DNA from: Eledone cirrhosa
Lineage: Eukaryota
DNA length: 64,000 nucleotides
NCBI GenBank assembly: GCA_964016885.1
Contig: OZ024752.1
Coordinates: 7,688,001 to 7,752,000 of the forward strand
Direction of reading: 5' to 3'
In this document: positions 27,101-38,100 of the stretch, piece after piece
Numbering within the stretch: the stretch's first letter is position 1
Layout of the letters: each line of letters opens with the position of its first letter
The notes under the pieces: generated by a model
Told to the model about the DNA's origin: nothing
The model's input: the letters and a program-made list of their open reading frames with translations, nothing else
Databases searched by the model: none
Translations under genes and position numbers: made by a program

Positions 27101-27670
27101 CACCCCTCCATCTCACCTCTTGCACGCAGCACACATCCACCTGCCTTCTCTCCAGCATCTCCGCTATTTCAGCAGACCTACCTCTGAGAGTGCCAACATT
27201 AAGTGTTGCAACTCTGAGATGCGACGTCTTCATATTTTTCTATGCTGTTTTGTTGCTGTGCTGATAAGCTTTTTGGCATTGATACACTGGTTGGATGCCC
27301 TTCCTAACACCAGCGCCACTTTACAGCATGGACTGGGTGCTTTTATTTGTGCCACCAGCACTAGAGAGGATGTCTTACTAGACTCAAGGGCCCTCTCTAC
27401 CCCTCCATTTTACAGCATGGTCATTAAAAAAAAAAAAAAAAAAAAAAAAGGGAAACTTATTGACACGACTCACACACTAATACTCATGCATACAAACCAC
27501 AACCACACATACCAACACTCATTCATGCATACAATCACGCACACCACTCACAAACATATATATATATACATATATTACCGACAGTACTGATACAAAATCA
27601 AAATCAAAGTCAAAATCGTCAAAATCACTATCATGTCAACTGTTGACCTTTCCCAGTCCAGTTCGGCTTG
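24141..27670 (-). mobile_element. Full-length RTE-clade non-LTR retrotransposon
   Basis: Intact ORF 27233-24165, 3' stem-loop and (ATG)n tail at 24141-24162, ~430-bp 5' leader, candidate TSD TATATACATACAT (24130-24142 / 27671-27683). Confidence 0.93.
24165..27233 (-). CDS. RTE LINE polyprotein: AP endonuclease + reverse transcriptase, 1022 aa
   Basis: APE motifs TLNV, VQE, SVYAPQ, GDFNGH, IDF; RT motifs QFGF, FVDLEKAFD, GVHQGSVLSPLLF, LYADD; Cys-rich insert; RTE tail [18 protein letters not shown]. Confidence 0.95.
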   Translation of the reverse strand: MKTSHLRVATLNVGTLRGRSAEIAEMLERRQVDVCCVQEVRWRGASARLVVGKRLSYKLFWVGKDDGLGGVGIFLAEKWINKTIEVVRVSNRIIKLRLVVGRRLLTIISVYAPQAGLGKDEKDCFYEQLLQTTTMTEDGDIVMLAGDFNGHVGQLQDGYTGVHGGHGYGSRNEEGVRLLEFCDASTLTICNTNFQKPANHLITYKSGEHISQIDFLLVRQRDRQIVSNTKAYPGEECTPQHRLVVSDISVSKRWNETYRKVWRRKVWKLKDLSLKFKFRKALQDVYDEKEDDLETYDIDNNWKFLRDNLLKATDETCGWSRAPTRQRVTWWWNSSVDKAIRDKRLAWKAWNKGGSREEYTATKREARRQVYLARREAESRRFANVLRREDQRRAVFHIARQCVNANQDVVGDKCVRDDAGVLSVTNDQKKEAWKCHYERLMNVENEWEREKLPLVDPTEGPAIEIDEYRVQEAIREMKNGKAAGPSGIVAEMLKASGDVGTKLVARIINQAIYGGVIPKDWCSSILINCYKGKGDALERSNYRGIKLIDQVMKVAERILAQLIRERVKLDEMQFGFVPGKSTTDALFLVRQMQERFLEKNKPLYLAFVDLEKAFDRVPRSVIWWSLRKLGVEEWLVRTVQTLYRGTLSKVRVGMEFSEEFQIQVGVHQGSVLSPLLFIIVLQAITEEFKTGCPWELLYADDLALMAESVEELENKFRLWKQQLEARGLRVNLAKTKVLMSRKEDKTLIPSGKWPCSICRKGTGINSIKCTQCRSWVHKRCSGIAGKLTGREKYVCSRCTGKLDSRSRTDRHIFQMREGAIEVVDSFRYLGDQISMGGGCSEAIVSRIRTGWKKFRELLPLLTKKGFSLRTKGRLYDACVRSAMLHGSETWAATAEDMRRLERNEASMLRWMCSVNVRERPSINVLREKLCLRGIECSVRERRLRWYGHVMRMEDDRWVKKCQEMPVEGRRGRGRPRKTWAEVVRTDLRSLKLTVEMTRDRDEWRDAVLNKTRPTLASREKRT

Positions 27671-28252
27671 TATATACATACATATATACATACATACACA
27701 CATATATACATACACACACACACACACCTACATATATACGTACACAGATATATACATATATTATATGCATTCACTGTAAATGAGGTTGGTGTTAGGAAGG
27801 GCATCCAGCTGTAGAAGTCAAGCCAGAATCAGTTCCCGTCCCACCCTGACAAGCAGGGAGAGGCGGATGTAAAATGAAATGATGATGATGATGATGATGA
27901 TGATATATATATATTGGATCGTCAAGTATGAAATTTGTAGAAACTTGTTTTTTTTTTTTTACACATTTCTACAAATTTCATACTTGACGACCCAATATAT
28001 ACACATACATATATACATACATAGACACACACACACATACATAACACATATATTATATATATATATAGAGAGAGAGATATATTTTAACTTTAATTATATC
28101 TCATAAAATAATACAACTGGCTTTTCCACATAATACATATTGTTAGCACCCCAAACACTTAAATTGGGATTATATTAAAATATAACCTAATGTTTGTTGA
28201 GTGAGATGGTTACCAGTCAGAGTTTAGCTTTAAACTATCTCTGTTATTGTAT

Positions 28253-28314
<62 letters not shown>

Positions 28315-28576
28315 CTTCGGCAAATCACTGATGAGGGACTTATTTTATTACATGTTATCCATGTGCTACCTGCAGTATTTTTCTCTATATTTTAATACAT
28401 ATATATATATATATATATACACGCAAGATGTATGGTAGGTCGTATGTGAATCGCGATGATCACGCCTAACCTACCAAATATGCGACGGTAGCTAGTTAAG
28501 CTCTATGCGTATAAGCAGAGCAGAAATATTAATGAAAAAGAACAAAGGAACTATTATGACATTATAACAAGTTTAT

Positions 28577-28623
28577 TGCCGACAGCCGTTTCGTCCGACC
28601 ATATGGTGGAACTTTTCAAGGCA
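28577..28623 (-). ncRNA. Type I hammerhead ribozyme motif, U3-A8 core variant (Penelope-type terminus)
   Basis: TGCC-TTGAAAA-GTTCC ACCATATGGT CGGAC-GAAAC GGCT GTC-GGCA. Confidence 0.65.
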
Positions 28624-29842
28624 TATAACAGGTGATTGTAAGTTCATTATTTACATCAACGTTTCACTCAAGCTTAGCAGTTTGAAATTGTGGTATACAT
28701 CAGCAGCTCCGCTTGTATATTTGGGGTCTATATTCTAAGGGGGTTCTTTTATATTAGTTGTCGGAGTTGTAAAAGGGATGGGTTATGGGGAGTTAAGAGA
28801 ATTTGAAAAGGGCCTAAGAGTCAGGGATTGAAGGTTACAAATTAGAGAATTTATAATTTACGCATTAAAAGTAAAAGACTTGGTATCTCGTAGAAGCACC
28901 TTAAAAAACCCCTCAATAAGTGCATAAAGCTTATAAGCCCCAATAAGCCTAACAAACCAGAAGAGATTAAGAGACTAAAAAAGTAAAAAAATAAAAATAT
29001 AAAGTTTCCTAAAAAATTCCTTCGAAAGAAAAAAAATTTTTTTCCCAGAGATCACGTTAAACAATTTCAGAAAATTTACGAAGTTTTGATAATCCCTACT
29101 GAGTTGAAAGAAACTAATCAATTAAAGGTTAATTCAAAAAGCCTTCAAAAAATCCCTCAGAAAAGGCCCCTTTAATATTTTTAATAAGAACCTCTTCGGA
29201 GAGACCCTTCAAAGAATTAAAATTTTAGAGAACCTTTAAGGATATATATAAACGAATTGAGGAAAATTACAAATTAAAAGTTAAAAATTACGGGATTTGG
29301 GAGATCCGAGGAATTTTCAAAGGGCTGCTTCAACAGATACAACTTAGGTATAATAGATACAATAATTTAAGTAATTTAAGTAATTTAATTAGGGAGCAAT
29401 TCAAAGAGCTTATCAAGTTGGGCAAGATTAAAGAAAATGATAAGAAAATACATAAGCAAAAAGACAATAATTATAAAATGTATTTTTAAGAAGGTATAAG
29501 GTAGCTTCAGTAATCTAATAATGTACTATCAAAAAATTATTATAAAATTATTAATATAGGATTAACAAAGACATAATAATATATCCTGCCTAATTAACAA
29601 ACAATCAATAAACAATTAACAGTCAAGCAAAATTAGCTCAGGGATATCCCGCGCTCGGATACTTTACACACATACAGCACCCCATATATATATATATATA
29701 TATATAGCTTACATACATATGTATGTATGTATATAATATCTATATATACACACTGCCTATAACATTTGTCTGACGATCCAGAAATCTTTGGTAATGGAGT
29801 AGTTATATTTTGTGTTGATCACTTTCTAATATATATCATCAT

Positions 29843-29844
<2 letters not shown>

Positions 29845-29884
<40 letters not shown>

Positions 29885-29909
29885 GCATATATATATATAT
29901 ATATATACA

Positions 29910-29946
<37 letters not shown>

Positions 29947-29948
29947 GC

Positions 29949-29986
<38 letters not shown>

Positions 29987-30070
29987 GCATATACATATAT
30001 ATATATATATATACATGCATATACATATATATATATATACATGCATATACATACATATATATATACATGC

Positions 30071-30118
<48 letters not shown>

Positions 30119-30143
30119 GCATATACATATATATATATATATA

Positions 30144-30204
<61 letters not shown>

Positions 30205-30345
30205 ATACTTGATGAGTTGTAGTGAACCTGAGCACTGTACACAATAATTTCATTATTATTATTATTATACCTATATATATATATATACCTATATATATAC
30301 ACACATATATATATATATATACCTATATATATATATATATATACA
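29845..30345. repeat. (TA)n array punctuated by CATGCA
   Basis: Direct inspection. Confidence 0.9.
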
Positions 30346-30563
30346 TACAAACAATGTTGTTAGAAAAGAAACTGATTATCCATGTAAGGTTTTTCAATTC
30401 ACTGAAACCAGACGACATCATCTAAAGTTATGTCAAGATTGTGTTTATAACATTATAAACAATCTTTAAACAGTTTAAATGTCTGAATTTTAACGCTGAA
30501 AGAATGAAATTAATAAACTGAATAAAACTAAATCTAAATCTAAAAATTATAAAAGCAACTTAC

Positions 30564-30780
30564 ATTTTCTGTGGTTGTTGTTTGTGTTTGAAGTTAGTTT
30601 TCACTGACGGCAGACTTTTTGATTTTCCCTCGAAATAACGATCGTCTGCTAGTTATAAGAGTTACCTCCCCCTGTTACACACCGAGCTTCCCACAGAGAA
30701 TGTCAGAGGGCGCCCTCGTCTTCTTTGGCCCTCCGCGGTTTTTTAACAACGTATAGTGGGACGGATCCAGGTTCGCATCC
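30564..30780 (-). promoter_or_regulatory. Probable DMC1 promoter and non-coding first exon
   Basis: Unique, relatively CpG-rich island among repeats, ending in a strong donor AAT|gtaagt at 30563; the ATG exon begins with an acceptor so an upstream exon is required. Confidence 0.45.
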
Positions 30781-30789
30781 CGTCAATGA

Positions 30790-30856
<67 letters not shown>

Positions 30857-31387
30857 CACACATTGTATATATATACTTTATATATATATATATATACATT
30901 CTATATATATATATAAGATCAAAAGATGGTTAAAAGAGTTCCAAGTATTTTATTATGCGCAATTCAAAAACAAATATCATCATGAGATGATATCTGCGTT
31001 TTCATCAGATAAAATAGGGATACATGATATGAAGGTTAAAAAACACTTGTGAATAGTGAAGTTTTAAATCAACATTTTAACCATCTTTTGTTCTTATATT
31101 ATTTATACTCCAGTCCTACAAACTGTAGAGTGCTACTTATCCGATATTTGCATTGCTTTATTGTGCTACAATAAAACTCACCTCCTACATATATATATAT
31201 ATAACGAAGGATTGTGGTAAGGAACCAGATGGACCATAACGCACCAGAGTACTCAATACTTAGGGTAGTAGAATGGGTAATAGGAAAAAGTATGACCCCG
31301 ACGGCAGAGCTCAAGCCGTTTCGACGGCTACTTATGTACAGAAATAGCTGTCGAAACGGCTTGAGCTCTGCCGTCGGGGTCATACTT

Positions 31388-31433
<46 letters not shown>

Positions 31434-31749
31434 TGTATATATATATATTATTATTATTATTATTTAGAATGTTGAGAAGTGACAACACGAGTTGATATAT
31501 ATTAGGAAAATAAGAAAAAAAAGTAGTAAATGCTAATAGGATTTTCTCATAGAATAACAGCAAAACATTTTTTAAAAGTAATTTATCGTACTGGTTTCGA
31601 CTGTTAATTATTTAGGATTCTTCATGCTACAGGAAATATGATACAGGATATATAATAAAATGAAGGTGTATATTAATTAGAAGAGGGTATTAGAGAACAT
31701 AGTTTACATATATACAAAAATTCACATTTTGTGGTGGTACTGAGAGGAT

Positions 31750-32960
31750 CATGGGGCCAGTGTCCTCAAACACCTCTTCCTGCGGGTCCTGTTAGAAGTA
31801 ACAGTCTCCGACTGATCCGACTGGACGCCCAAGCGAGACCAGCCAAGCTCATGAATGTTAGTTATCCAACTATCTTGCTCTGGGTTTACCCCTGGGTCTC
31901 CTGCCAGTTGGTTTTGTCCGTAAAATCAGTCCAGTGATTCTTCCCTGAGACATTCTAACCCCACATCCATAGTATCGGAGCTGTAATCTCTTAATCTGGA
32001 GAAGTAGCGGCTCTACCTGGAGTGACTCTCTGATCTCTGAGTTACACTTTATCGAGTAACATTACTCCAAAGACCCTTCGGAGGAATCCCATTTCAGCCG
32101 CTTGTATTCGCGATCATATTCTCTCGGACATTACCCAACATTCATGACCATAGATAAGGGTTGGTACGAATAACGAATTGAAGATAGCGAATTTGGCTTT
32201 TACACCTATCTCCCTTCTTCTGATTACCGAATGCTGAAGGTACATTACTGCATTCGGTAATCAGAACACATTACTGCACCAGCTCCTGCAATTCTTGCAC
32301 TTAATTCAGTCTCCTGTCTTCCATCACTCGTGAACACAGCCCTGAACTTCTCTACCTGCTTCAGTGGAACTCCACTTACATGTAGAGTGAACTGCGCAGA
32401 CATGATTACAGTTTTTGTGTCCACTGAACTTTTTTTTCTCGGTTGTTTAATCAGGGAAGGGAGGGCTGAGTCCTTGACCCTTTTAAGGGTCTCTGAATCT
32501 GGTGGAAAGGAGGGAAGAAGTGTTCCTCAAACTAGACTTCTCGCCTCAATACTTGCAACAAAGTGGATTCCTCTAAAAGCACCTAAGACAAGAGTTAACT
32601 GGTGGTGTTAAACTGGGTGACGGAGTGTGTCTACAACCCAGCTAGGGTTTGAACTCCGAACGCACAGAGTCGAAATAAATACCGCAAAACATTTCGTCTG
32701 ACTCTCGGACAATTCCGTCACTCCACCAGCCTTGAATAGTATTTTATTTATCAATCTCTTCTTCTTCGCCCCCTTATTCCTGAGAGGGTCGTGGGGACAG
32801 GGTCCTCAAACACTCCTTCCAGCGGGTCCTGTCAGAAGCAGTCATCTCCAACTGATCCGGCTGGAACCCCAAGCGTGACCAGCCAAACTCATGGATGTTA
32901 TCCAACCATCTTGCTCGGGATCTACTCCTGGGTCTCTTGTCAGTTGGTTTTGCCAATGTA
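31750..32960 (-). mobile_element. Degenerate RTE/Rex-like LINE fragments
   Basis: Minus-strand remnants of LIYGHECW..RIQAAEMGFLRRV and KRPRSRSRARWLDNI with (GAA)n tail near 32760. Confidence 0.65.
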
Positions 32961-33475
32961 AAAATTGACTTCAGCAGGATTTGAACTCTATGAGTTTCCC
33001 TCCTCTCCACGCCCCGAGCATCCCGAAAGCTATTTCGTTCTACCTTGCAAAATTTCTCCGTGAGGCCTTCTCTGTATAGATCCGCTCAATTACGGCTGGC
33101 CCGGGCTAAACAAGACGAATGCTTGCTCAGACAGTTATATATATTCATCTTCTTTCGTTGGGCTACCTCTTTAGACATTCTAACAGTAGTAACCACCCTT
33201 CTATCACATACAGAAGAGTTGCAAAGTTGATATTTCTGTTCAGTTTTTGGTGTCGGAACGGGATTAGTTTTGTCTGGCTTTTCTTCAATTTCCTTCAATT
33301 GTGTCTCGTAGAATGGTTTTAGATAGAGAGTCGTGCTATGATGATACATGACCGCACCAGGTGAGCTTTCCTGTTGCAAGGCATGTATGTGTACACGGGG
33401 TAGTTGCTGTATGTCGTAGATGTATATATAGGGGGTCACATGGCATTGCTTAGCCCGGAGGCCTTATGGGAAAAG

Positions 33476-33630
33476 TAAACCACAGTCTTACTTCGAGCTT
33501 GCTAAATCAAGTTACTTTCACAAGGAATAGTAAACTACACAGTCCTACTTGGAGCTTACTAAATCAAGTTACATTCACAAGGAACAGTAAGCGACACAAG
33601 ACCTACTAGGTGCATGCTAAATCAAGTGAC
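33476..33630. repeat. ~57-bp degenerate tandem triplication upstream of SNU13
   Basis: GTAAAC..CACAG..CTAC..GAGCTT.CTAAATCAAGTTAC.TTCACAAGGAA. Confidence 0.75.
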
Positions 33631-33649
33631 TCTCCCAATTATCTTCCCT

Positions 33650-33791
33650 TGCCAAGCTAGGTGGCAGCACGTGTTAGGCAACGTTTATATACGGAAGTGG
33701 AAAGATTAGAAACTTTCTAGCACTGCTCTATAGAATCATACAACGTTATAATTATAGAACCTTATATTAATTATAGCACTGCACCACAATC
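33650..33791 (+). promoter_or_regulatory. SNU13 promoter / 5'UTR
   Basis: ETS-like CGGAAGT (~33691) and E-box CACGTG (~33668) upstream of the ATG exon. Confidence 0.45.
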
Positions 33792-33794
33792 ATG
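33792..33794 (+). CDS. SNU13: SNU13 exon 1 (ATG only)
   Basis: ACAATC ATG|gtaagt; exon 2 begins in phase 0 without Met. Confidence 0.75.
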
Positions 33795-34873
33795 GTAAGT
33801 CGCATATATTTCCATCTTATTAATCATCTTAATGATGTTATTATTCACAAGTGTAAATACTAATTTGTTATTATGTAACTAATAAGCAACGTGGTTACAA
33901 TGGACCAAGACGGTTTATTTTACTTTAATTATTCCGAGTTCAAATCCTACACTACTTGACCATTAATATAAATATATCTACTATAAAAACAGATTTATAA
34001 ATAACCTCAAATATATAGCATTTAACTTCTTCAATTAGTGTAATTATATTTATTTATAAGACATTTTATTGTTCTATGTAATCAGTAGTTATATTTTTTG
34101 TAATTATTTTTAAATGATTTGCAATTAAAAAAGTTTTAAGATCTTTCGATTTAGGTACATAAAATCTCAACATCTAGAAATATATTTCTTAGAATAATAA
34201 TGTCGACTCTCTAACCTATTAATTCATAAAATTATAACATCGTACAATTCATTAGAAAAAAGATATACATTATATATAAATATAATACATTGTATAGTTT
34301 TAAATATATAATCGAAATAAGTTGATTGTGTATTTTAGAGGTAGTTATACGTTGAGAACAAGCTGGTTTATATCTACAATAGGTTGTACCTCATTCATAA
34401 AGCCTCCATAACCCACGTGTTGTTATTTCACACACTGACATGATCCACTTCAGACTTGAGACGATTATTTCGTTAAATAATACTTTTCATATTTACATCT
34501 GGGCAACCCTTATTGTTTCATACAGAAATATGAATATATATGTATGTGTATGTATATATATATACATACACATACACACACAGTTGTCCTCCCGTATTCG
34601 CGGGGCTTAGTTTCTTAAAGCACCTGCTATGAGTGAAAAACCGCGAATATTGGATGTGGTCTTTAAAAATGCCTATAAACCTCAAAATATAATATATAAA
34701 AAGAGGGAGAATCTTATGCGAAGGGGCGTCCAATAAGCCGGACACACCGTTGTCCTCCCGTATTCGCGGGGCTTACGTTCTTAAAGCACCTGCGATGTGT
34801 GAAAAACTGCGAATATTGGACGTGGTTCTTAAAAATGCCTATAAATGTCAAAACAACGTAAAATATATACACA

Positions 34874-34922
<49 letters not shown>

Positions 34923-35099
34923 AGGGAGCATCTTATGCGAAGGGGCGTTCAATTTCCAATAGGCCGGTAAGTACGGTATATTGTTATTAATAATTAAGCG
35001 TTAAAAAATATATATTGCCACGAGGAAAAGCCATAAAAAATCGCGAAAGATATTTACGATTTCCGCGAATATGCGGGGGTTTCCACAAATGCCGCTGGT

Positions 35100-35134
<35 letters not shown>

Positions 35135-38100
35135 TATAAAGAGTCGGGACCCGACGGCTGAGCTCTTGCCGTTTCAACAGTTAGTTCAAACTGAATCCAT
35201 CCTGATATATATATGTATATATATATATATTAGGTTGAGGCAAAATTAATGAACGTTTTATTGATTCTAAATTTATTCTACAATACAACCAAAACGTATT
35301 TAAATGATCTTTCTGGAACATATCGCACTGCAGAAGGAATATCTTTATGAGGGAAAATAATAACACCGATTGTAAATTGAATTATTCAAAAGTAAAATCG
35401 GTCGTTAATTTTGCATCACCCCAATATATATAATATATATAATATATATATACACCACAGGGTGTCCCTCCAAAATGTATACATACTTCAACGTCATTCT
35501 AATAAATATTGTCTGTACATGTAATCAAAGTGTGTATATATATTGGAGGGGGGGGGGCACACTCCCTGTATATCTCTCGTTCATAGTGATTGTCTGATTA
35601 TCTACTGTCATCTCTAATGAATAGAAGTAAACATACACACCAGGTACTAATATAGAGGAGATAAACTCCTACTATCATTGTCTCCATCTTTCTCGCCCTC
35701 ACCATCTCTCACTATAATGGGGTCCCACGGCCTCGGTGGACAAAATAGAGAAGCCTCATACAATTTGCCTTCCACTCTGAAGGGGAAAAATCCTTTGTAG
35801 CAATCAGTGGTAGAAGCTCCCTGAACTTCAGCTGATTCTCACTGTGGCCCCTGTAGTTTCTTTCAGAACAATCTCCTTCGTTGCTAATTGGTCCCCCAGA
35901 TAGCAGCAGTGGTTAACTAACTCTAAGGGCCCATCAGAGCATTTAATAGGGTTTGTTTCATGTCGGTTCTTTGTTGTGCACTTGTCTCATACAAAACTTA
36001 GATTCTTCTCCAGTCTGCTTGAGATCCTGCCATCTGGCACACATCTTGCTTATAAAACGTTCCTATGTTCTAGCAGATGTCTTTTATAACAACACTATGG
36101 ACGTTGTCATGTTATAACAACAATATGGACACATGTCCTGGACTAAGTTGGGTACTTGGAGTGACAGTCGTCTCATTGATGGTTCAGGGGTCCACATCTT
36201 ACATTCTGCTTCGGAATGCCCTTCCATTTTCCAGGTTTTACTATGTGTATTTTATAATGACATTACTTGAGCGTTTGAGGTGTCCTTAACGTAACTGAAG
36301 AATCTTCTCTACCATTTTGGCATGGTTTATACAAATTGATGCCCTTCTTAAACCCTTTAACATTTACATTACTCTATATTTTCACACTAAACACTTTATT
36401 TCACATAATATCAATTCTACGAGATTTTGATATTTATTTTGAGAATAATACCTTAACATCAGTATGAGCAGCCAGTTTGAACTGAAAGAGCTGAGAGGAT
36501 ACATACGGTTTAACCCTTTATCATTTAAACTGGCCAGAATTCTCTCACCTTTCTGTTCAAACTGGCCATAATTGGCCACTCATACTGATGTTATGGTAGT
36601 GTTCTCAAAATAAATAATATCAAAATCTCATAGATTTAATATTGTGAGGTAAAACCTTTACCCCCAAAATACAATAGTAAATATAGAGTAGCGTAAATAG
36701 GGTTAACACTGACTACTTTCTACTAACATGATTGTTTTTTCTCTATTTTCAGACTGAAGAAGTAAATCCTAAAGCCTATCCATTATCAGACCCACAACTC
36801 ACCCATAACATTCTCGATCTTGTACAACAAGCCTCAAATTATAAACAGTTAAGAAAAGGAGCCAATGAAGGTAAAGTTTTACTTACAATATGTTGATATT
36901 GCTCATCATCATCATCACCGTTTTATGCCTGTCTTCCACGCTAGCATGGGTAGGACTGGCCGTCCCTTTGTGAGAGGCTGTGAGTCACTCACACAGAACT
37001 GGTTTTGGCTAGGGTTCTACAGCTGGATGCCCTTCCTAATGCCAACCGCATTTACAGTGTGTTCTTTATGCCGTGACACCTACACGGCCACTTTTAAGTG
37101 TGGACTGGGTGTTTTATGCCGTGATGTCTACACGACCACTTTACATTGTGGGCTGGGTACTTTCTTATAATTAATTTACGTGATGAATTGATAGTTAATT
37201 ACAGTGGTGGTGAATTGACAACATTGCCTAAGTTTTCAAATACTGATGCAGTCAACTTGTCCTTTTGGTGTGTAAAATAAAGTACCAGTCCTGGATGGTG
37301 GATTGGTAGAATTGTTAAAGCTTTGGATGAAGCACTTTGTGGTGTTTATTGCAGCTCTATACAGTCTCCCTAAACTGGAGATTTAGCCGAAATATCTGCA
37401 ACACTAGAGGCACCCAAGGGCCAGGTAGTTTTGTTTAGAAGAAATTAAGTCTACTATCCAAGTAGGCCACAGCGAGTTTTGAACTCAGAACACAAAGAGC
37501 CTGAATAAATACTCAAACACTCCGTGACTTTCGACAATCCACCATATTTAGATTGATCCTTTATTTTATCAACCTGAGGGGAATGAAACCTAAAGTTGAC
37601 CTCGGTAGGATTTGAACTCAGAATGCACAAAACTGGAACAAATACCACTAGGCAGTTTGTCCCGTGCTCTAATGATTGTCACCTACTTGATGTTATCAGC
37701 CACTTATTGTTATCTAAAAGGCTGCTCTATCGCCAAGTGATCACAATAAGCAGTTCTTCCTCCAATCATGGACATTTGTTGAGAAAAACTGTCGTTCCCA
37801 CTTGGTAAATGGAATGTCAGAATTTTCTATGGAGTAAAATGTTTCATATTTTGAGCTTTACATTCAATGCATGTTTTATCCCTTTAGTATTTAAACCAGC
37901 TATATCCGACCAGAATTCTCTCACCTTTTTCTGCTCAAACCGGTCGTAACTGGCCACTCATACTGATGTTAAGGTGTTTTCAAAATAAATGATATCAAAA
38001 TCTCATAAATTTGATATTATGCAAGATAAAGCCTTTACAGCGAAAATACAATAGTAAATAGAGTAATATAAATGTTAAAGGGTTAATGATTTTTGTGTCT

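Noticed and set aside
33030-33470. Cys-containing ORF 33086-33439 between short inverted CCGGGCTAA motifs
   Set aside because: Possibly a DNA-transposon relic but no motif firm enough to call
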